Shown here: positions 63,701-64,000 of the stretch, piece by piece | Numbering within the stretch: position 1 is the first letter of the stretch | Layout: each line of letters starts with the position of its first letter | Assembly (NCBI RefSeq): GCF_001194135.2 | Contig: NC_068999.1 | Span: 51,197,001-51,261,000, forward strand | Length of the DNA stretch: 64,000 bases | From: Octopus bimaculoides | Lineage: Eukaryota | Direction: 5' to 3' | Translations under genes and position numbers: made by a program | Notes under the pieces: generated by a model | The model's input: the letters and a program-made list of their open reading frames with translations, nothing else | Told to the model about the DNA's origin: nothing | Database searches by the model: none

Positions 63701-64000
63701 TTTAAGACGTTTCTCTAACATCATCTAATATTCAATTGCGCTTGATGAGAATGCACAGCTACGTTTTTCCTCTATTCTCGTTTCTACTCTGCACCGCTAA
63801 TCTCCTTTTATTCATCTTATATAAACGTTGGCAAAGTGTCTTGGCAATCATAAGTTGTTTTGCTGAGCGTCATTGCATACATTGAGCTGACGTCATCAAT
63901 TTGTTGTTTCTGTGTTGTTTATCGAAAAGTTAGTTATGATAAATAACAAGTCCCATTTGAACTCTAAAGAAAAGATATTTGGTACACACACACACACACA

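Noticed and set aside
63480-63728. 82-aa ORF with signal-peptide-like start (MFRIILCLLLMVSMA)
   Set aside because: No recognisable domain, and the opposite strand carries a KRPDLIV retrotransposon-like motif, so it is probably a shadow ORF. Not excluded without RNA data.

Overview
AT-rich animal non-coding DNA, most likely Octopus (coleoid cephalopod). That assignment rests on my recognition from memory of its tRNA-derived SINE families; no database search was run. I find no credible host protein-coding gene, rRNA, true tRNA or CRISPR array. Nearly all long ORFs in the track are artefacts of microsatellites or of the 13 N-gaps (about 5.5 kb in total). The window is a gene desert or giant intron built from compound microsatellites, about 20 SINE copies or fragments, and heavily decayed RTE, CR1/L2, Penelope-like, piggyBac-like and Tigger-like relics. 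The best unexplained signal is a complete type I hammerhead ribozyme fold at 990-1113 (+). It has an intact catalytic core (CUGAUGA, GAAA, AUU cleavage triplet) inside a multi-helix hairpin, about 100 bp from a 648-N gap. Several further degenerate hammerhead-type cores occur, three of them in Penelope-type terminal repeats (12468, 23135, 23431) and one isolated (45581). There are also short tandem arrays with 110, about 84, 28 and 16 bp units. Protein-motif calls on the fossils are by eye and need HMM confirmation.
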